Positions 8,962-18,544 are shown, counted from the stretch's first letter. The stretch: 64,000 nt of DNA from Pandoraea sp. (GCF_041919235.1 NZ_JAYRUC010000022.1:22138-86137), one strand, 5' to 3'. Notes: a model not told the origin generated them from the sequence alone. Made by a program: numbers and translations.

Positions 8962-10308
8962 ATGCCGCTGCCCACCACTGCCACTGCCCCCTTCTGTCCC
9001 TCCGAAGTCAAAGGCAGCATCGTCATCGACGCGCGCGCATCGCGCTGGACCAAGCTCAAACGCTTTGCGGGCCCTGGCCTGCTCATTGCCATCGGGTACA
9101 TGGACCCCGGCAACTGGGCGACGGACATTCAGGCGGGGTCGCAATTCGGCTACGCATTGCTCTGGGTGGTGGCGCTATCGAGCCTTGCGGCCATCTTTCT
9201 TCAGATGCTCGCGGCACGGCTGGGACTGGTCGCGGGGCGCGATCTCGCGCAGGCCAGCTACGACCGCTACGGTCGCGCGGGGCGCCTCATCCAGTGGATC
9301 ACCGCCGAGATTTCGATCATCGCCTGCGATATCGCCGAAGTCCTCGGCTGCGCGCTCGCCTTCAAGCTGCTGCTCGGCGTGCCGATCGCCTGGGGCATCG
9401 CTCTCACCGCGCTCGACACGATGATCGTGCTCGGTCTGCAAGGCAAAGGCTTCCGCCAGATAGAAGCCATCGTCTTCGGGTTGATCGGCACGATGGCCTT
9501 CTGCTTCGTCGCCCAAGTGGCGATGGTGCCGCCCGACTGGCACGCGGTGGCCGCCGGGCTCGTCCCCGGTGTACCCAGCCACGACCGGCACGATGCCCTC
9601 GTACTGGCGCTCGGCATCGTCGGCGCCACGATCATGCCGCACAACCTGTACCTGCATTCGTCGGTCGTGCAGACGCGACGGGTCGTCGGCGGCGAACGCG
9701 GCAAACGCGGCGAACGCGGCGAACGCGGCAAACACAGCGAAGTGCGCGACACGCTCGCGCTGGTGCGTATCGACACAGGCGTCTCACTCGCGATCGCCAT
9801 GTGTGTGAATGCGGCAATTCTGATTCTTGCCGGCTCGCTGTTTCACACCAGCGGCCAGACCAACGTCACCGATATCGAGCAGGCGTATCGGCTGATTACG
9901 CCCATTGCGGGCAGCGCAGCCGCGTTCCTGTTCGGCATCGCGCTGCTCGCTTCGGGGCAAAGCTCAACGCTCACGGGGACTATCGCGGGGCAAGTCATCA
10001 TGGACGGCTTTCTGCACATGAAGATCCCCTGCTATCAGCGCCGTCTGATCACGCGCGGACTTGCGCTCGTGCCTGCGCTGATCGGCGTGCTATGGCTCGG
10101 CGACGGCGCCGTGGGCAAGCTGCTCGTGTGGAGCCAGGTGCTGCTCAGCTTGCAACTGCCCTTCGCCATGTGGCCGCTCATCCGTTCGGTCAGCGACCCG
10201 CGCGTGATGAACGGCAACACCCTCGGACGCCCCGCACAAGTGTTCGCATGGGCCCTCTTCGCCGCCATTACCGCCACCAATCTGCTGCTCATCTTCGGGC
10301 TGAACTGA
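8962..10308 (+). CDS. mntH: Nramp-family divalent metal (Mn2+/Fe2+):H+ symporter
   Basis: Carries GPGLLIAIGYMDPGNWATDIQAGSQFGYALLWV and MPHNLYLHSS, the Nramp signature segments. Confidence 0.95.
   Translation: MPLPTTATAPFCPSEVKGSIVIDARASRWTKLKRFAGPGLLIAIGYMDPGNWATDIQAGSQFGYALLWVVALSSLAAIFLQMLAARLGLVAGRDLAQASYDRYGRAGRLIQWITAEISIIACDIAEVLGCALAFKLLLGVPIAWGIALTALDTMIVLGLQGKGFRQIEAIVFGLIGTMAFCFVAQVAMVPPDWHAVAAGLVPGVPSHDRHDALVLALGIVGATIMPHNLYLHSSVVQTRRVVGGERGKRGERGERGKHSEVRDTLALVRIDTGVSLAIAMCVNAAILILAGSLFHTSGQTNVTDIEQAYRLITPIAGSAAAFLFGIALLASGQSSTLTGTIAGQVIMDGFLHMKIPCYQRRLITRGLALVPALIGVLWLGDGAVGKLLVWSQVLLSLQLPFAMWPLIRSVSDPRVMNGNTLGRPAQVFAWALFAAITATNLLLIFGLN
9691..9735 (+). repeat. In-frame 9-bp tandem repeat x5 inside mntH (encodes GER GKR GER GER GKH)
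   Basis: ggcgaacgc ggcaaacgc ggcgaacgc ggcgaacgc ggcaaacac, read directly. Confidence 0.9.
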
Positions 10309-10379
10309 GACGTGCGAAGGCGGCGCGACGCTCTCGATTCGAGACTTGAGACTTGTCGGCGCCGCCATGCCGGTCCGCC

Positions 10380-10856
10380 TTACAGACCGAGCTCGCTCAG
10401 TCCCGGATGATCGTCGGGACGGCGTCCCTGGGGCCAGTGGAACAGGCGCTCACGCTCCGCGATGCGCGAGTCGTTGATACTGGCATGGCGCTCGGCCATG
10501 AGTCCTTGCGCGTCGAACGCCCAGTTCTCGTTGCCATACGAACGGTACCAATTGCCCGAATCGTCGCGCCATTCGTAGGCAAACCGCACCGCGATGCGGT
10601 CCTCGGTGAACGCCCACAGCTCCTTGATCAGCCGATACTCGAGTTCGCGTTGCCATTTGCGCGTCAGGAATTCGACGATCTGCTCGCGGCCACGCGGAAA
10701 TTCGGCGCGATTGCGCCAGCGACTGTCGACGGTATAGGCCAACGCAACCCGCGCAGGATCACGCGAGTTCCAACCGTCCTCGGCCATACGAATTTTCTGA
10801 ATTGCGCTCTCCCGCGTGAATGGCGGAAACGGCGGACGGGACTCACTTGCGGCCAT
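10380..10856 (-). CDS. DUF1348 / NTF2 (SnoaL)-like protein
   Basis: [46 protein letters not shown]...YGNENWAFD matches my memory of the DUF1348 family. Start taken at MAASES (M33 of the track ORF). Confidence 0.75.
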   Translation of the reverse strand: MAASESRPPFPPFTRESAIQKIRMAEDGWNSRDPARVALAYTVDSRWRNRAEFPRGREQIVEFLTRKWQRELEYRLIKELWAFTEDRIAVRFAYEWRDDSGNWYRSYGNENWAFDAQGLMAERHASINDSRIAERERLFHWPQGRRPDDHPGLSELGL

Positions 10857-11119
10857 GGCAACACTCCTATCGGAAATAGCAGGGAAGAAAAGAGAAGACC
10901 GTGCGAGTGTATCGCCAAGCCGCTTTCCGCGCTGGACGTGCGGAACGCGCACACCGTATCGCTACGCATTAACGTCACGGCGACGCATGCTAAGATCAGT
11001 ACACCTTACCAAATCTCACAAAAGCAGAAGGCTGAAAATCGGTAAGGGACCAGATGCCCGCGACGGGTCGACGTCATCACAGATCGTCCGCCGGGTGACA
11101 ACACATACAGGGGATCACC

Positions 11120-11803
11120 GTGCAGAAAAGTCAGTCCAGCATTGCGCTGTTTGGCGCCGCCATGCTCGCCGTCGGCGTGCTCGGCGGTTGCGCCACCGAA
11201 AGTTCGCGCACCGTAGCAATCGCCAAGGTCGAAAGTGCCAGCCGTCCGTACGTCGGTGTGCGCACGCCGATCGCCGTCGGCAAGTTCGACAACCGTTCCG
11301 CGTACATGCGGGGCGTTTTTTCCGATAACGTCGACCGTCTCGGCAGCCAGGCCAAGACGATCCTGATCACGCATCTGCAGCAAACCAATCGCTTCAACGT
11401 GCTCGACCGCGACAACATGGCCGAGATCCGCCAGGAAGCCGACATCAAGAAGACTCGGCAGGCCCTCAAGGGCGCCGACTACGTGATCACCGGCGACGTC
11501 GTCGAGTTCGGCCGCAAGGAAGTGGGCGACAAGCAGCTTTTCGGCATTCTCGGCCGGGGCCGCGAGCAGATCGCCTACGCCAAGGTCAACCTGAACGTGG
11601 TCGACATTGCCACCAGCGAAGTCGTGTTTTCGAGCGGTGGTGCGGGTGAGTTCGCGCTGTCCAACCGCGAAGTGATCGGCTTCGGCGGCACCGCAGGCTA
11701 CGACTCGACGCTCAACGGCAAGGTCCTCGACCTCGCCATGCGAGAGGCCGTCAACAACCTGGTCGCCGGCATCGAAGGCGGCGCCTGGAAACCCGGCAAG
11801 TAA
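11120..11803 (+). CDS. CsgG-family outer-membrane lipoprotein
   Basis: Signal peptide with lipobox (VLGGC). Segments PIAVGKFDNRS...YVITGDVVEFG...KVNLNVVD are typical of CsgG-like proteins. GTG start. Confidence 0.85.
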   Translation: MQKSQSSIALFGAAMLAVGVLGGCATESSRTVAIAKVESASRPYVGVRTPIAVGKFDNRSAYMRGVFSDNVDRLGSQAKTILITHLQQTNRFNVLDRDNMAEIRQEADIKKTRQALKGADYVITGDVVEFGRKEVGDKQLFGILGRGREQIAYAKVNLNVVDIATSEVVFSSGGAGEFALSNREVIGFGGTAGYDSTLNGKVLDLAMREAVNNLVAGIEGGAWKPGK

Positions 11804-11930
11804 GCCGTCCCCTTTGGGTTGAAGCCTGCCGCTGCGCGTCGTTCGCGACGCGCCCGGTCTCGCACGCCATGTGCAGGCCGGGCACGATGCATGCGCGCGC
11901 CGCAGCCTACCTGTCAGGATCTTTATCGTT

Positions 11931-12302
11931 ATGAATTTCAAGTTCGCATCCGGGCGCGCCGCCGTGGCGGCCGTCCTCGGTGGCGCCCTGCTCACGGGTT
12001 GCGCCACCCCGCCCAAGCCCTTATACGACTGGGAAAGCTACCAGCCGCAAGTCTACGAGTACTTCAAGGGTGAATCGAAGGAGGCCCAGATCGTCGCGCT
12101 CGAGCGCGACCTGGAGAAGATCAAGGCCGCCAATAACGCCGCGCCGCCGGGCTATCACGCCCACCTCGGCCTGCTCTACGCATCGGTGGGCAAGCCAGAC
12201 AAAATGGTCGAGGAATTCCTGACAGAGAAGCGATTGTTCCCGGAGTCGGCCGGCTACATCGACTTTCTTCTCAAGAACAAAACGCCGGAGGCCAAGCAAT
12301 GA
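11931..12302 (+). CDS. DUF4810-like lipoprotein
   Basis: MNFKFASGRAAVAAVLGGALLTGC lipobox. Conserved partner position between the CsgG-like and DUF799 genes. Confidence 0.7.
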   Translation: MNFKFASGRAAVAAVLGGALLTGCATPPKPLYDWESYQPQVYEYFKGESKEAQIVALERDLEKIKAANNAAPPGYHAHLGLLYASVGKPDKMVEEFLTEKRLFPESAGYIDFLLKNKTPEAKQ

Positions 12303-12964
12303 TCGTACGACTCTTTCGATGGGTGACGGTGGCGGCACTGGCCGCCGTCATGACCGGTTGCGCGGTTCATCAGGCCACGCCGTATGACTACACGGCGTTC
12401 AAGGAAAGCAAGCCGAAGTCGATTCTGGTGTTGCCGCCGCTGAACGAATCGCCCGACATCGACGCGACTTATAGCGTGCTCTCGCAGGTCACGGTGCCGT
12501 TGGGCGAGGCCGGCTACTATGTGATGCCCGTGGCACTGGTCGACGAGTCGTTCCGTCAGAACGGCCTGACCGTCGCCGGGGACATCCATCAGGTGAGTCC
12601 GGCCAAGCTGCGCGAGATCTTCGGCGCCGACGCCGCGCTCTATATCAAGATCTCGCAATATGGCACCAAGTACATGGTGCTCGACAGCGCCACGGTGGTG
12701 ACGGTCTCGGCCGACCTCATCGATCTGCGCAATGGCGCCAAGCTGTGGAGCGGAGCGGCCAGCGCGTCGAGCAACGAGGGGAACAACAACAGCGGCGGCG
12801 GCCTGATCGGCATGTTGATCACGGCAGCGGTCAAGCAGATCGTCAACAGCGTGTCGAATGCCGGCTACACGGTTGCCGGCACCGCCAATGCACGCCTGCT
12901 GTCCGCCGGACGCCCCGACGGCTTGCTTTACGGCCCGCGCTCACCAAAGTACGGCACCGACTGA
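12299..12964 (+). CDS. DUF799 (GNA1162-like) lipoprotein
   Basis: Lipobox VMTGC and a KSILVLPPLNES motif. The start overlaps the upstream stop (ATGA coupling). Confidence 0.75.
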   Translation: MIVRLFRWVTVAALAAVMTGCAVHQATPYDYTAFKESKPKSILVLPPLNESPDIDATYSVLSQVTVPLGEAGYYVMPVALVDESFRQNGLTVAGDIHQVSPAKLREIFGADAALYIKISQYGTKYMVLDSATVVTVSADLIDLRNGAKLWSGAASASSNEGNNNSGGGLIGMLITAAVKQIVNSVSNAGYTVAGTANARLLSAGRPDGLLYGPRSPKYGTD

Positions 12965-13348
12965 GGCTATTCCACGCGCCCCCTCGGCGGTGCGGTGGCT
13001 CGCTCACTGCACCGCCCGGGGCGGCGCACGCCTGCGCAGACGCCGGCTTGTCATCTATAGTGATAACGCATCACCTGGACCGATAGCGACACCGCGTCTC
13101 AACGCGGGAGCGTACGCGCAAGCCGACGCAACGCAACGCAACGAGGGACACGCATGAACGACAAAGCCCGCCGAAGTGGCGGGCTTGCGCGAGCCAATCC
13201 CGGGAAAGCAGGAATTGGCATCCGGACTCACGGCTGGGCGCCGTCGCACGCCATCACATCGATGACGGGGATCGCCCGGTGTGACGATCGACTTGCCTGA
13301 TTGCGCCAGCGACGACCGTTCGTCCGGAAGGACTTGCTACAGCGTTGC

Positions 13349-13489
13349 TTAGTAACCGGCGGTTTCGAGCGCGCGGATACGGTGCTCCAACTCGATGATG
13401 TCCTTCGACTCGGCCAGGAAGGCCTCACGACGACGACGCTCAGCTGTTTCGAACCAAGTATTCACGACTTCAAACAGGGCGACAAACAT
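13349..13489 (-). CDS. Small 46-aa protein (DUF3563-like), below the ORF-track size cutoff
   Basis: My own translation: MFVALFEVVNTWFETAERRRREAFLAESKDIIELEHRIRALETAGY*. GGAGAA lies 6 nt upstream of the ATG, with an AT-rich leader upstream. Confidence 0.55.
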   Translation of the reverse strand: MFVALFEVVNTWFETAERRRREAFLAESKDIIELEHRIRALETAGY

Positions 13490-13729
13490 GACGTTTCTCC
13501 AGTTCATTTAGTGTGCTGCATTGCAGCAGTGCTTTGCATTATATAGGGTTTTCCCGTTAAGGGTTAGCCCTTATTTGCGAAAATCCCCAAAAATCTGCTA
13601 GAGGGCTGCTTCGAATGCCTCGAAGTTAAAATAAAGCTATTTAAAATCAAGAACATAAACAACTGTCGGCACGTTGCAACATCCCCCTGCGGCGCACGGT
13701 CGCAGGGGGTCGATCAAAATGAATGGGGC

Positions 13730-13755
13730 AAAAAAAAGCGCCGCTGCTGCGGCGC
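13730..13755 (-). terminator. Rho-independent terminator downstream of cueR
   Basis: On the minus strand: GCGCCGC-AGCA-GCGGCGC followed by T8. It lies 48 nt after the cueR stop. Confidence 0.75.
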
Positions 13756-13802
13756 GTCATGCGGAAATTCGGCGGTGGAGCGCTCACATCGCCTGCCACG
13801 GC

Positions 13803-14363
13803 TTAGCCCTGGGGGCCGCGACCGACCTGCCCCTCACCGTCACCGGCCAAGCCGTCTGCGCAGGCGCTGGCATTGGTGACAACAGCGTCCGCTGCAATGG
13901 CCTCCTGCGCCGGACTGCACGCGGCCTTCGCGCCCGAAGAAACATCCGCCTTGGCGCCGAGGTCGCCAGAAAGCGCGCCACCCGCAATCCCTTCCAGTAT
14001 CGGACACTCGGGACGGTCGTCGCCGTGACAATGCACGGCGAGGTGAGAGAGCGTGTCACGCATCGCCACCAGTTCCCCAATGCGTTGATTGAGTTCGTCG
14101 ACATGGGATTGCGCCAGCGCCTTCACTTGTGCGCTGGAACGGCCGCGATCCTGCCATAGCGCCAGCAACTGTCGGATCTGATCGATCCCGAAACCCAGCC
14201 GCCTCGCCTGGCGAATAAACCGAAGCAGATGGAGATCCTGCTCGGCGTAGCGCCGATAACCCGCCTCGGAGCGAGGACTCGGGGGCATCAGGCCGATACT
14301 CTCGTAGTACCGGATCATCTTGGCCGTCACGCCGCTGGCCTGCGCCGCTTGTCCGATGTTCAT
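13803..14363 (-). CDS. cueR: Cu(I)-responsive MerR-family regulator (CueR/HmrR type) with a ~60-aa C-terminal extension
   Basis: N-terminal MerR HTH (MNIGQAAQASGVTAKMIRYYESIGL). Metal loop C112-X7-C120 (HCHGDDRPEC). Confidence 0.9.
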   Translation of the reverse strand: MNIGQAAQASGVTAKMIRYYESIGLMPPSPRSEAGYRRYAEQDLHLLRFIRQARRLGFGIDQIRQLLALWQDRGRSSAQVKALAQSHVDELNQRIGELVAMRDTLSHLAVHCHGDDRPECPILEGIAGGALSGDLGAKADVSSGAKAACSPAQEAIAADAVVTNASACADGLAGDGEGQVGRGPQG

Positions 14364-14370
14364 GGCTGCC

Positions 14371-15189
14371 TCACTGGGGGAAACGAGGGTTGAACGACGG
14401 GGTCAAGGAACCGCTCACTCCCTTGCCGGCGTCCGACGGCACGAGTCGAGCGCTGATCGGTGAATGATCGGAAATCCGTGACCAAGGGCGCCCGTGCAAA
14501 ACCTGCGCCCCTTCGATATGAAAGCCGCGCGCGTAAATGCGGTCAAGTCGTAGAAGCGGCAATCCGCTCGGAAAACTGCGCGCCGGACGCCCTTCACTGT
14601 TCTGAAACACCTCGGTCAGCGCCAACCGTTCGGCCAGCAGCCGGTCCGCCTGATTGCTCCAATCGTTGAAGTCGCCTGCAATAATCAACGGCGCATCCGC
14701 AGGAATGGCGTCGGCCACCCGCTCCGTCAGCATCTCGAACTGGCGGCGGCGACCGCGACCGGCCAGCGACAAATGAACACACAAGGCATGTAACGGCTGC
14801 GACAGGCCCGGCACGGCGATCTCGCAGTGAAGCATGCCGCGCTTCTCGAAACGATAGGTCGTGATGTCGTGGTTGTCGGACCGGACAATCGGATAACGGC
14901 TCAGAATCGCATTGCCATGATGCCCGTGCTCATAGACGACGTTGCGTCCGTACGCGTGATCGTTCCACGTGGCGCCCGCCAGAAACTCGTGCTGCGGTTG
15001 CATCGGCCAATTGCTGTGACGCTCGGCGTGTCGCTGGTGCATGCCCTGCACTTCCTGCAAAAAGACGAGATCCGGTGCAAGCCCCTCCAACCCCTCGCGC
15101 AGTTCGTGAACCCGCAAGCGATTGAATGCGGAGAATCCCTTGTGGATGTTGTAACTCGCGATGTGCAGACTATTCATATATGGCAGCAT
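14371..15189 (-). CDS. Endonuclease/exonuclease/phosphatase (EEP) family protein
   Basis: Contains LHIASYNIHKGFS...DLVFLQEV...IAGDFND...RLDRIY...SDHSPI, the EEP catalytic motifs. The start codon is ambiguous (15198/15189/15177). Confidence 0.8.
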   Translation of the reverse strand: MLPYMNSLHIASYNIHKGFSAFNRLRVHELREGLEGLAPDLVFLQEVQGMHQRHAERHSNWPMQPQHEFLAGATWNDHAYGRNVVYEHGHHGNAILSRYPIVRSDNHDITTYRFEKRGMLHCEIAVPGLSQPLHALCVHLSLAGRGRRRQFEMLTERVADAIPADAPLIIAGDFNDWSNQADRLLAERLALTEVFQNSEGRPARSFPSGLPLLRLDRIYARGFHIEGAQVLHGRPWSRISDHSPISARLVPSDAGKGVSGSLTPSFNPRFPQ

Positions 15190-15351
15190 TGCCCTCACGC
15201 CGGAAGACAGACGATATCACCTAGATGGCGTCGCGATCGGCGAATTTCAAGACAAATTGGAACCTGGACGGCGCATGAAGCAATCTCTGCCCATGCGCCG
15301 CGTCTCTAATTTCATTATGCGCCGTTCGCCTTGTGCCCGGGCAAGCCACCC

Positions 15352-17925
15352 TCACGCGCCGACGCCATGGGCTTCGCCCATCTGCCCCGCTGTGCGGGTG
15401 TTGACGTCCTGCACTGCCGAACGCCAGCGGCGCAACAACAACGCGTTGCTCACCACGCTGACACTGCTGAGCGCCATCGCCGCGCCCGCGATCATCGGGT
15501 TCAACAGCCCGAATGCCGCCAGCGGAATCCCGACCACGTTGTACGCGAAGGCCCAGAACAGGTTCTGACGAATCTTCGACCATGTGCGACGCGAGACGTC
15601 GATGGCATCGGCAACCCGCAGCGGATCGCCGCGCATGAGCGTGATGCCGGCCGTCTGCATGGCCACGTCGGTGCCCGAACCCATTGCAATGCCGACGTCG
15701 GCCGCCGCCAGTGCAGGGGCGTCGTTAATGCCGTCGCCAACCATCGCGACGACCGCGCCGTTGCGCTTGAGCTGTGCGATCACCTCCGCCTTATGCTCAG
15801 GCAGCACGTCGGCATGAACTTCGTCGAGCCCCAACGCGTCGGCCACCGCCCTCGCGCTCCCTGCGTTATCTCCCGTCACCATTACGCAGCGCACGCCCAA
15901 GGCATGCAGACGCTCGATGGCGGGCCGTGCCGTGACTTTGAGCGTGTCACCGAACGCCAGCAGTCCGAGCAACCGCGCCCCCGCCCCGACGTTTGCGCCC
16001 TCGTTTGCGCCCTCGTTTGCGCCCTCGTTTGCGCCCTCGTTTGCGCCCTCGTGCGCGCCTGCGCCCGAACCAGCGGTTTCGACCAGCCATGAGACAGTGC
16101 GCCCCTCGGCCGCCAGCCGCGCAGCTTCCTGCGCAAGCGTCGCTTGCGAAACGCCCAGTTCGTCGAGCAGCCGCGCGTTCCCCAACTGCAGCGTGTGGAC
16201 GTCGCTCGGATCGCCCCCTGCCTCGATACGGGCGCGCATTCCTCTGCCAGGCAGCGCGACAATGTCGGACGCCACCGGTATCGCCGACGTCAGCCCGGCC
16301 TCGTCTGCGGCCGTCGCTACGGCCTTCGCAAGCGGATGAGAACTGCCCGACTGCACCGCAGCGGCCCAGCGCAGCAACCTATCGGCCGTCATTCCGGCCG
16401 CAGGCAGATGGGCCACGAGACGCGGCTTGCCTTCGGTCAAGGTGCCGGTCTTGTCGAACGCCACGATGCTGATGCGATGCGCCAGTTCGAGTGCTTCGGC
16501 ATCCTTGATAAGAATGCCCTGCCGTGCAGCGGCGCCCGTGCCGACCATGATCGCGGCCGGCGTTGCCAGCCCGAGCGCACACGGGCACGCGATGACCAGC
16601 ACTGCGACTGCATTGAGCAGCGCCGCCTCGAAGCCGATGCCAAGCGCCCACCCGCCGATCACCGTCACGATCGCGATGAGCACCACCACCGGCACAAACA
16701 CGGCGGCCACACGGTCGACGGCGCGCTGGATCGGGGCCTTGCCTGCCTGTGCGTCTTCGACCATGCGGATGATGCGAGCCAGCGCAGTATCGGCACCGAC
16801 AGCCGCTGTCTCGATCTTGAGCGTTCCAGCCCCGTTGATCGAGCCGCCGACAACGGTGTCGCCGCCCGCTTTGTCGATGGGCAACGGTTCACCGGTGAGC
16901 AGCGATTCGTCCAGTTGGCTTTCGCCCTCGCGAATGACGCCATCGACAGGCACCCGTTCACCGGCACGTACCACCACCCAGTCGCCAACCTTCACTTGCC
17001 CCAGCGGCACCGACACCTCGCTTGCCGCGCCCTGCGGATCGCGCAACACACGCGCCGTCTCGGGACGCAGGGCCGCAAGCGCGCGAATCGCTTCTACGGT
17101 GCGACGCTTTGCCCGCGCTTCAAGCCACTTGCCGAGCAGCACCAGCGTAATGACGACGGCCGCCGCCTCGAAATACAGATGCGGCATGCCGTCGGCCGGG
17201 GTGCGCCACCATTCGTACAGACTCAGCCCGTAGGCGGCAGAGGTGCCCAACGCCACCAGCAAATCCATATTGCCGCTACCGGCGCGCAACGCCTTGTAAC
17301 CCGCCCGATAGAACCGCGCACCCAGCCAGAACTGCACCGGTGTGGCGAGCAACCACTGCCCCCACGGCGGGAGCATCAGATGAATGCCCACCGGTTCGAG
17401 CAGCATGGGCAGCAACAACGGCAGGGACAATGCCGCCGCGACGGCAACCGGCCACCATGTCGGGCCTTCGCGAGACGCACCGGCCTGCGCCGGGTCCGTC
17501 GCAGGCAACGCTTCATAGCCTGCCTTCTCGACGGCAGCGATGAGCGCCCCCGCGTCGACCACGCCACGCACCCCGCGCACGGCCGCGCGCTCCGTCGCCA
17601 GATTCACATTGGCCTCGACCACCCCGGCCACTTGACGAAGCGCCTTTTCCACACGCCCCGCGCATGTCGCACACGTCATGCCGCCAATGGCCAACTCGAA
17701 CGACTGCTCTGCGACTCGATATCCCGCGTCGTTCACGGCCGTCTCGACGGCACCGAGCAGCGCCGCAGGCGTGACGTCGGGTGAGGCTTCCACAGCGGCC
17801 GTTTCGGTCGCGAGATTGACGTTGGCGTTGGCCACTCCCGGCGCGCGCCGTAACGCCTTCTCGACCCGCATCACACATGAGGCGCAGGTCATGCCTTCGA
17901 TACCGACCGACCAGTTCCGAGTCAT
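15352..17925 (-). CDS. copA: Copper-translocating P1B-type ATPase
   Basis: Two N-terminal HMA domains (GMTCASC, GMTCATC), plus CPC, DKTGT and GDGINDAP motifs. GGAGA lies 7 nt upstream of the ATG at 17925. Confidence 0.95.
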   Translation of the reverse strand: MTRNWSVGIEGMTCASCVMRVEKALRRAPGVANANVNLATETAAVEASPDVTPAALLGAVETAVNDAGYRVAEQSFELAIGGMTCATCAGRVEKALRQVAGVVEANVNLATERAAVRGVRGVVDAGALIAAVEKAGYEALPATDPAQAGASREGPTWWPVAVAAALSLPLLLPMLLEPVGIHLMLPPWGQWLLATPVQFWLGARFYRAGYKALRAGSGNMDLLVALGTSAAYGLSLYEWWRTPADGMPHLYFEAAAVVITLVLLGKWLEARAKRRTVEAIRALAALRPETARVLRDPQGAASEVSVPLGQVKVGDWVVVRAGERVPVDGVIREGESQLDESLLTGEPLPIDKAGGDTVVGGSINGAGTLKIETAAVGADTALARIIRMVEDAQAGKAPIQRAVDRVAAVFVPVVVLIAIVTVIGGWALGIGFEAALLNAVAVLVIACPCALGLATPAAIMVGTGAAARQGILIKDAEALELAHRISIVAFDKTGTLTEGKPRLVAHLPAAGMTADRLLRWAAAVQSGSSHPLAKAVATAADEAGLTSAIPVASDIVALPGRGMRARIEAGGDPSDVHTLQLGNARLLDELGVSQATLAQEAARLAAEGRTVSWLVETAGSGAGAHEGANEGANEGANEGANEGANVGAGARLLGLLAFGDTLKVTARPAIERLHALGVRCVMVTGDNAGSARAVADALGLDEVHADVLPEHKAEVIAQLKRNGAVVAMVGDGINDAPALAAADVGIAMGSGTDVAMQTAGITLMRGDPLRVADAIDVSRRTWSKIRQNLFWAFAYNVVGIPLAAFGLLNPMIAGAAMALSSVSVVSNALLLRRWRSAVQDVNTRTAGQMGEAHGVGA
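15991..16062 (-). repeat. In-frame 12-bp tandem repeat x5 (+1 degenerate) inside copA, encoding (EGAN)5
   Basis: gtttgcgccctc occurs five times from 15991, then gtgcgcgcctgc. The protein reads [27 protein letters not shown]. Confidence 0.9.
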
Positions 17926-17961
17926 CTTCAGGTCTCCAGAAAGACTGTCTTCATGTATCAC

Positions 17962-17992
17962 AGCATAGACCTTGCCATGGCGGGAAGGTCAA
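17962..17992 (-). promoter_or_regulatory. MerR/CueR-type promoter of copA (TTGACC-19 nt-TATGCT with an internal dyad)
   Basis: Reverse complement reads TTGACC ttcccgccatggcaaggtc TATGCT. The 19-nt spacer contains the dyad GACCTT..AAGGTC. Confidence 0.8.
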
Positions 17993-18117
17993 GCCTCCGG
18001 CGTCAACATGTCGCAGTCCGTGCAGAGACAGTCTCGTCGAACATCACGATAGCGCGCCTGCCACCGCTCAGGGTTGGGCCGCGTCTGAACGAATGCGCGA
18101 ATACACTGAAAAAGCCC

Positions 18118-18148
18118 TTGAGCTTCCCTTGGCAGGAAGGTCTATGAT
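18118..18148 (+). promoter_or_regulatory. MerR/CueR-type promoter of copZ (TTGAGC-19 nt-TATGAT with an internal dyad)
   Basis: TTGAGC ttcccttggcaggaaggtc TATGAT, with dyad CTTCC-N7-GGAAG. Lies 48 nt upstream of the copZ ATG. Confidence 0.8.
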
Positions 18149-18195
18149 GACTTCGTACGATCAATGTCACGGAAACCGCTTTCAAGGAATGCAAC

Positions 18196-18396
18196 ATGCA
18201 AGTGCAAGTCGAAGGAATGACCTGCGGTCATTGCGTCAAGGCCGTCACGCGTGCGATCACCGAGTGCGACGCTTCAGCGAAGGTCAATGTGGATCTGGGC
18301 TCGGGTCGCGTAGACGTCGAAAGCCGTCTCTCGCCGACGGAAGTCAGCACCGCCATCACCGACGCCGGTTACACGGTCAAAGGCACCCAGGCCTGA
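18196..18396 (+). CDS. copZ: Heavy-metal-associated (HMA) copper chaperone
   Basis: 66 aa, with the MQVQVEGMTCGHCVKAV MxCxxC motif. Confidence 0.85.
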   Translation: MQVQVEGMTCGHCVKAVTRAITECDASAKVNVDLGSGRVDVESRLSPTEVSTAITDAGYTVKGTQA

Positions 18397-18544
18397 GCGT
18401 CACACGGCGCTTCGGATGTCGCGAGCCGCATGCGGCTGCGCGGCCTTCCCTGCAGACTGGCGACACCCTGTGCTACGCTCTGTCTCGCCAAACACGTAAC
18501 GGCACCCCGCAATGCGTAACTGCGAGCTGCCTTGCGAATGGCAT

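Noticed and set aside
13660-13680. Sigma-54-like GGCACG...TTGCA near 13666
   Set aside because: The GG and GC elements are directly adjacent (ggcacgttgca) instead of having the required 10-nt spacing between centres.
13683-13709. 9-bp-stem hairpin ccccctgcg-N9-cgcaggggg
   Set aside because: It has no flanking T/A run and no adjacent gene end, so I could not assign it a function. It may be a REP-like element, but only one copy is seen in the window.
15991-16062. Possible CRISPR array (regularly spaced short repeats); the same question applies at 9691, 40791, 25517 and 933
   Set aside because: The units are 7-12 bp and directly abutting, with no spacers. Three of the arrays are in frame inside conserved genes. 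No cas genes are present. These are microsatellites, not CRISPR.
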